64,000 bases of DNA, taken from Candidatus Bathyarchaeia archaeon. Its GTDB lineage: Archaea > Thermoproteota > Bathyarchaeia > 40CM-2-53-6. How positions within the stretch are numbered: position 1 is the stretch's first letter; each line of letters begins with the position of its first letter. A program made the position numbers and the translations under genes. Shown here in pieces: positions 59,190 through 64,000 of the stretch. The DNA lies in assembly GCA_049521055.1 (NCBI GenBank), contig JBEKPE010000004.1:535-64534 (forward strand), read 5' to 3'. The notes under the pieces were generated by a model. The model was not told where the DNA came from. It did no database searches and was given only the letters and a program-made list of their open reading frames with translations.

Positions 59190-60660
59190 CCCCGCGTAGC
59201 CTTCTCACATCGCGTATCCCCATTGCGCTGAGTATCTCGATGAGTTGATCGTGCCACGAAGAGAGCAGGTTAACGAGTCGCTGCTCACCCCATTTCGAAT
59301 CAAACTTCTCAGCGGAGATGCGCCCTGATTCAGCCGAGACGCATTCACCAAGAAATCTTGACTGCAACGCTACGAGAACTGTTGTATCAATGGCTACAAG
59401 GTCGGCCCCGCAGATAATTGCTTTCGGAACATGCTCGGCCCTAGTGATCCCACCACTCGCGATGAGAGTAACATCATCCCTGAGCGATTCAGTAACGAGT
59501 GTCGTGTGGACCTTTCGAATCATGTCCTTGGCATGTGACGGTTCGTCTTTGTCCCATGATTGTCCGTGGTAGTTAGCTACCAGATGTATGATATCGATTC
59601 CGTTTCGAACCAAATCGGCTGCCGTTTTGGCAGAGTCAACAGTCAACGGTAAGCGAACTGAGATTGGAGCGGTGGAGTTGACGCTTCGAACCTTCTCAAC
59701 CGTTGACGAATCGTAGCTTGCCAGTTCAATCAAGCGTGCATCACGCAGCCACCCGGCAGCTTCACCCGCTTCATCGCTGGAAATTAGTGGGGCGAGTTGA
59801 TCATGATCGCTTGCATGCAGTTGGTTTGCTTGAGCTGGTGTTGCTATGTAGATCGTACCAGTTCGAAGGGACGCCCCCGCAACTGATTCCAATATGCTAT
59901 GACTGTTGAGGTTGGGTGGTAGATAGTCGAATATTATCGGTAAGGATACTTCAGTAGTTTTGGAAAGGGGGTCATCCTCATGGTTGAATTGGACGCATTT
60001 CCTCTTGCTGCCGACATCTACTAGTGTTGAGATGAATTCTCTACCATAGACCCCATCCCGCGTCGGCCTCACAATTTCAGACATGTCAGTCCAGATCGAA
60101 TCCCAACCTGGACCGGAGAATGGCCCCTTGTATCCCATCCCTTTGATCGGAATCTTCCCTGTCTCGGCCTCATACAGAACTGTGGCAACAGGTGAACCGT
60201 TTGTTGTAGCAGCCCCCTCTGAAGACCAGTAAGAGTCAGCGAACCGGTAGAATTCTGGATTACGGTCGACAGAGCAAATGCCAGGGTATTCTTGGACGCA
60301 CCTCATGCACCCTGTACATTTTTCTTTAATGGGGTGGAATCCGCCGAACGGGCCACTGAACGTTCCGTAAATGCATGGCCTACTCACAAGAGCACGTCTG
60401 TACTCTTTCCCGCGTAGCTTCAATCCATATCCGAGTGTTTCCTTCAAGAGAATTCTTGCAAGCCCTACCTTGCTTACTCGTGGATCGAATGGTGGTGGAA
60501 GTTTTTTCCGCGGTAGAGCAGGCTTGGCAACGATCTTGTAGCGCTGATAGGAGGTGCCACGTGCCGGATCAATGATACTATTTTGGCGGGTTGCTTCGAG
60601 GTCGTCTAGCAAACTTAGTGTTCCAACCCCGCCATCTGTAATGAAACCGCACGAATACAC
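59119..60660 (-). CDS. glutamate-synthase-related FMN-domain paralog with an inserted 4Fe-4S ferredoxin motif
   Basis: CTGCMRCVQEYPGICSV is a ferredoxin-like Cys cluster inside a GltS-FMN-like TIM barrel (ASGGITRAEH..GADLVAI). The annotated 3' end overlaps the next gene by 71 nt. Confidence 0.5.
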   Translation of the reverse strand: MYSCGFITDGGVGTLSLLDDLEATRQNSIIDPARGTSYQRYKIVAKPALPRKKLPPPFDPRVSKVGLARILLKETLGYGLKLRGKEYRRALVSRPCIYGTFSGPFGGFHPIKEKCTGCMRCVQEYPGICSVDRNPEFYRFADSYWSSEGAATTNGSPVATVLYEAETGKIPIKGMGYKGPFSGPGWDSIWTDMSEIVRPTRDGVYGREFISTLVDVGSKRKCVQFNHEDDPLSKTTEVSLPIIFDYLPPNLNSHSILESVAGASLRTGTIYIATPAQANQLHASDHDQLAPLISSDEAGEAAGWLRDARLIELASYDSSTVEKVRSVNSTAPISVRLPLTVDSAKTAADLVRNGIDIIHLVANYHGQSWDKDEPSHAKDMIRKVHTTLVTESLRDDVTLIASGGITRAEHVPKAIICGADLVAIDTTVLVALQSRFLGECVSAESGRISAEKFDSKWGEQRLVNLLSSWHDQLIEILSAMGIRDVRRLRGDVGRAMFNEELEKEAFGDIARRN

Positions 60661-60720
60661 CTGAACAAATATAACTATTCTGGGTAATCTACTGGACGTT
60701 CGTATCTTGTAATCTTATAT

Positions 60721-61215
60721 TTGTGGATGAACGTTCAGAAAAGAGGCTCAATCTTGGCGGTAATTGGACGATTGGACATAGACGAAGTCGATAGAAAGAT
60801 ACTGAATGAACTTCTTCGTGACTGCCGCAGATCCTATCGATCCATAGCACGCCGATCAGGAGTTTCGGTAGGAACCGTCCTAACCCGAATCCGTAGACTC
60901 GAGAAGTCTGGTGTAATCAAGGGTTACTCGGCCGTCCTTGATCACGATAAGCTTGGTTACCAATTGACTGTCCTAGCCGAGATCACAGTCTCTAAAGGTA
61001 AGTTGCTCGAAATGGAGGAAGCGATCGGAAAGCTACCGAACACTTGCGCCGTCTACGATGTAACTGGCCTGACTGACGCCGTTGTTCTCGCCAAATTCCG
61101 GAGCCGTGAGGAACTAAGCAAGTTCACCAAGAGCCTCCTCAGCATGCCGTTTGTCGACCGAAGCAACACACACGTGGTACTGACGACCGTTAAGGAAGAC
61201 CTACGGCTCCTCTAG
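60721..61215 (+). CDS. Lrp/AsnC family transcription regulator
   Basis: The HTH is RSYRSIARRSGVSVGTVLTRIRRLEKSGVI. An RAM/ACT-like C-domain follows. Confidence 0.7.
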   Translation: MWMNVQKRGSILAVIGRLDIDEVDRKILNELLRDCRRSYRSIARRSGVSVGTVLTRIRRLEKSGVIKGYSAVLDHDKLGYQLTVLAEITVSKGKLLEMEEAIGKLPNTCAVYDVTGLTDAVVLAKFRSREELSKFTKSLLSMPFVDRSNTHVVLTTVKEDLRLL

Positions 61216-61232
61216 TCCAAGGAGAGGATTAG

Positions 61233-62246
61233 TTGGCTTATGCTTCCCGCCAATCAAGCTATCTAATCGCGAGCTTCGGCGCCGTCCTTCAAGTCTTGAC
61301 GGGATGGTGGGACGTATTCTCACATCTTCTGTTCGGAAACGTAGACCCATGGTGGAACCCAGCACACCTGACACTCTATGCAGCAATTGCGATAACGATA
61401 ATCGGAGTTTGGCGAGGCCTCCGATACTCCCCGAAACAACCTCCCGTTTCGGTCAGCCCGATTCGATTTGCGAACATCGCGGGGCTGAAGCTCGCGGGAT
61501 TTGGTTGCTTAATCGAGATTATGGCGGGCATTTGGAATGAAATTGTTCATCGCGTCTTCCTGAGAGAACCTAGGATCGCTCCTGCCCATGCTCTCCTCAC
61601 GGTTGGAATGTTAACCGTGAACCTTGGCATGGTGATCGGGTTGGTGATTGAGTATGGGATGATTAACCATGGGCTCGTCATTGCGTCGGCTGCAAGGCGA
61701 CGGACAGTTGCTCTATTCGTTTTGTTAAGTTTCTCCGCGATATGGCTTGCCGCTTCTGGCTCTTTCATTTATCTCGGAGGAATATTCCGCTCATTCCCTG
61801 TGAACTGGTTGGTCGCACTTTTTCTGGCATTTATGGCGACATTCGTGCTCGTCCCAGTGAAGAGAGTAATGCCGAGGTTCGGATCAGGCATCGCGATAGG
61901 GCTTGTTTTCAACGGCTTAACTTACTTCCTACTTGTAGCATATGTAGGATCTCCTCGCTACATACCTTGGGGACTTCTTCCCATCGCTTTGTTTGAGTTG
62001 ATCTTGTACGCGTTGACTCCGATCATCCTGCTCCGGCGGGCGATTATTCTTTCATCGCTAATCGTGGGCGCATTTTTCTGGGCGACCTACTACCCTTTCA
62101 CGGTTTACTTGTTCCCCTGGTCGTTTGGGTTCCAGTTCCCAGCTTTTGTTTTGGTTCTGGGAAGTTTGGCGGGAGCCTTGTTGGGGGATAAGGTTTACAC
62201 TAGCCTCTCCTCAGTAGTCCTAAGCGGCGCCGGTGCTTCCGTGTGA
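61233..62246 (+). CDS. polytopic membrane protein of unknown function
   Basis: There are about 9-10 predicted TM helices and a single Cys. I recognise no motif. Confidence 0.4.
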   Translation: MAYASRQSSYLIASFGAVLQVLTGWWDVFSHLLFGNVDPWWNPAHLTLYAAIAITIIGVWRGLRYSPKQPPVSVSPIRFANIAGLKLAGFGCLIEIMAGIWNEIVHRVFLREPRIAPAHALLTVGMLTVNLGMVIGLVIEYGMINHGLVIASAARRRTVALFVLLSFSAIWLAASGSFIYLGGIFRSFPVNWLVALFLAFMATFVLVPVKRVMPRFGSGIAIGLVFNGLTYFLLVAYVGSPRYIPWGLLPIALFELILYALTPIILLRRAIILSSLIVGAFFWATYYPFTVYLFPWSFGFQFPAFVLVLGSLAGALLGDKVYTSLSSVVLSGAGASV

Positions 62247-62253
62247 GTTTTGT

Positions 62254-62925
62254 CTACTTTTCCTTAGTCACGAAAATGCCGGAAGCGACGTCTAGACTGA
62301 GTGGATAGGAATTGTCTCCCACTTTCACCATCATTGGCCCTTCAAATGGCGCCTTCTCTTCAACCGCGATCTTCACGCCCGGGAACATTCCCAGGGTGGC
62401 GAGGTAGCGGAGGAGCTCGCTGCTTTCGTCGGGAATCTGTGTTACCACCGCATTTTCGCCAGTTCGGAGATTTGAGAGGGCTTCGCTCTTGAGGGGAATT
62501 ATGGAGCCTTTCTCGTCAGGGATTGGGTTGCCGTGAGGGCATGTTTGCGGATCCCCAAGGGTCTTTTGGATTGAGTTGGCGAGCTGTTCGCTTATAGAAT
62601 GCTCTAACCTGCATGCCTCATCATGCGACTCGGTCCAACCCAGATGCAGTACATCGATGAGCAATCGCTCAGCCAGTCTATGTCGCCTGAATACGGACAG
62701 CGCCATCTTCCGTCCCTCCTCAGTCAGCTTGACGCCCTTGTATGGTTCCCTTGCCACCAGGCCTTTGCCTTCGAGAACTTCTAGAGTGTTTGTCACGCTG
62801 CCTGGTGTTATCTTGAGAACCTTGGCGATGTCTCCAGTTCGTGCCGATCCGGTCTTGGTTTCTAGGTTGTAGATTGTCTTTAGGTACATTTCGGGTGCGG
62901 TGAAAAATTCGTGGCTCAAAGTCAA
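62254..62925 (-). CDS. DtxR/IdeR-family metal-dependent repressor with a C-terminal FeoA/SH3-like domain
   Basis: The N-terminus has an HTH and the metal-site residues RRHRLAERLL...HLGWTESHDEACRLEHSIS. Confidence 0.7.
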   Translation of the reverse strand: MTLSHEFFTAPEMYLKTIYNLETKTGSARTGDIAKVLKITPGSVTNTLEVLEGKGLVAREPYKGVKLTEEGRKMALSVFRRHRLAERLLIDVLHLGWTESHDEACRLEHSISEQLANSIQKTLGDPQTCPHGNPIPDEKGSIIPLKSEALSNLRTGENAVVTQIPDESSELLRYLATLGMFPGVKIAVEEKAPFEGPMMVKVGDNSYPLSLDVASGIFVTKEK

Positions 62926-63052
62926 ACCCTTTCTCGACTTTTATCTGTCGTATACCGGAATGAGCCTATTCGCAGAAAGATTCTTGGCATGTATTATAAT
63001 TGCTCTATAGGCGAAGTACTTCAGGCTACATATTCAGTGTGAGGTTAGACGC

Positions 63053-63691
63053 GTGGCAGGAAGGAAGCCGGAAAAGAAGCCATTCGGACGTGACGGCCCC
63101 CCGGCCGGTTATCCAAAGGACCAGTCATTGTACGCCGATCCAGAGAATTGGCGATACCCACTACATACTTCTTGGCATGCGCGGGCAGCGCGCCGCTATT
63201 TCGATGACCTCTCTAACCGGAACAAGTACTCATCCGAAGAACAGCAGTATATTGATTCACGAATCGATCAAGCTCTACAGAAACTAGGCGCCAAAGCCGG
63301 GACCGCGGGACGACGCAAACGCCCCTCCCCCGCCGCGTCAGCCGGGAATGAGGAGCGCTCATTGGAACAGCTCTTGAGATTATTCTTAGGGGCCCCTAGG
63401 CTTCAACGTGCCAGGGAGATCGACGATTCGCTCGTCACCATATCCCAAGAGAGCTCGGAGATAATTGAGGGCAAGGTTAAGGATTACTCAGTTCGGATCG
63501 ACGTCGCGAACCACACAATTTTCCACGACTGCGAAGACTGGCGCAACAACGTAGACTCCAAGAACATGTGCAAACATCTAGGAAAGTTTCTGCTAACATT
63601 GGATCAGGGAAGGGCAACAGAGATCCTCAAAGAGATACTCAAGGGCATAGATCATTGGTCGTTCGTTGCGCCGAACGCGCCGGCCAATTAA
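63053..63691 (+). CDS. hypothetical protein (basic N-terminus, C-terminal Cys/His-containing region)
   Basis: It is a single clean 212-aa ORF. I recognise no motif. Confidence 0.35.
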   Translation: MAGRKPEKKPFGRDGPPAGYPKDQSLYADPENWRYPLHTSWHARAARRYFDDLSNRNKYSSEEQQYIDSRIDQALQKLGAKAGTAGRRKRPSPAASAGNEERSLEQLLRLFLGAPRLQRAREIDDSLVTISQESSEIIEGKVKDYSVRIDVANHTIFHDCEDWRNNVDSKNMCKHLGKFLLTLDQGRATEILKEILKGIDHWSFVAPNAPAN

Positions 63692-64000
63692 GCGTTTGAT
63701 GTTGCCAACTTCCAGAGTATTCTCATGATCTCGTATCCATGCTTTATCGTCCCGATTTCTCCCTTCCTAGCATAGGCCTCAGTGAATCGCATCGATCCAT
63801 CGCTACGAACCCCCGGCCCGGAGATGAGTAGTGGGACCGGGTCATCTGTGTGGCCTTTCGCAAGGCAGGGAGTTGAATGATCTGCAGTTACGCAAAGAAA
63901 ACTTGAACTTAGATCTCCAAGTCTCGAAAAGAAAGCCGCATCAATGTCTTCAATAGCTTTCTTTTTCCCTTCAAAGTCCCCGTCATGGCCAGGTTCGTCT
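63690..64000 (-). CDS. apgM: 2,3-bisphosphoglycerate-independent phosphoglycerate mutase, archaeal type (ApgM), C-terminal part; the gene continues past the right edge
   Basis: Minus-strand translation gives DEPGHDGDFEGKKKAIEDIDAAFFSRLGDL...VTADHSTPCLAKGHTDDPVPLLISGPG. These are aPGAM metal-site motifs. The stop overlaps the convergent 63053..63691 stop. Confidence 0.6.

Noticed and set aside
1-64000. CRISPR arrays or rRNA genes
   Set aside because: No regularly spaced direct repeats with unique spacers and no rRNA-like conserved blocks were seen anywhere in the window.

Overview
This window looks archaeal. It has multi-intron tRNA genes with GC-rich stems and encoded CCA, an SSV/pNOB8-type tyrosine integrase remnant next to a tRNA, archaeal-type phosphoglycerate mutase (aPGAM), a tRNA-splicing endonuclease, split glutamate-synthase domains and PEF-CTERM-like sorting signals. 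Thermoproteota-like is a guess, not proven.

Content from left to right:
- A heteromeric proline/opine-dehydrogenase-like FAD/Fe-S oxidoreductase operon (2139-5909), whose beta-like subunit is frameshifted.
- An ORF-free stretch with tRNA-end debris (5910-6780).
- A ~16 kb block (6022-22107) that I read as a decayed integrated element. It is flanked by a 16-nt direct repeat of a tRNA 3' end. It carries a CUT1-type ABC transporter, aconitase X (AcnX) large and small subunits, a DapA-family aldolase, an SdhA-like flavoprotein, an epimerase, an LLM oxidoreductase and an aldo/keto reductase. A degenerate family-B polymerase fragment and a truncated integrase abut the intact tRNA.
- Housekeeping and accessory genes: HtrA, Dcd, HisRS, citrate synthase, cytochrome bd-like oxidase, EndA, a JAMM protease.
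- A cluster of tRNAs near 41.4-41.8 kb.
- An arginase-family gene broken by an in-frame TAG.
- A surface-protein cluster (42.9-54.6 kb) that includes a 1505-aa protein and a double beta-propeller, both with PEF-CTERM-like tails.
- A three-gene archaeal-type glutamate synthase module, Lrp and DtxR regulators, and a partial apgM at the right edge.

I found no CRISPR array and no rRNA. The most novel-looking signals are the tRNA-bounded metabolic island, the AcnX-centred transport/catabolic module of unknown substrate, and the PEF-CTERM surface cluster. Every call below comes from reading the sequence and recalled family motifs. No database search was run.
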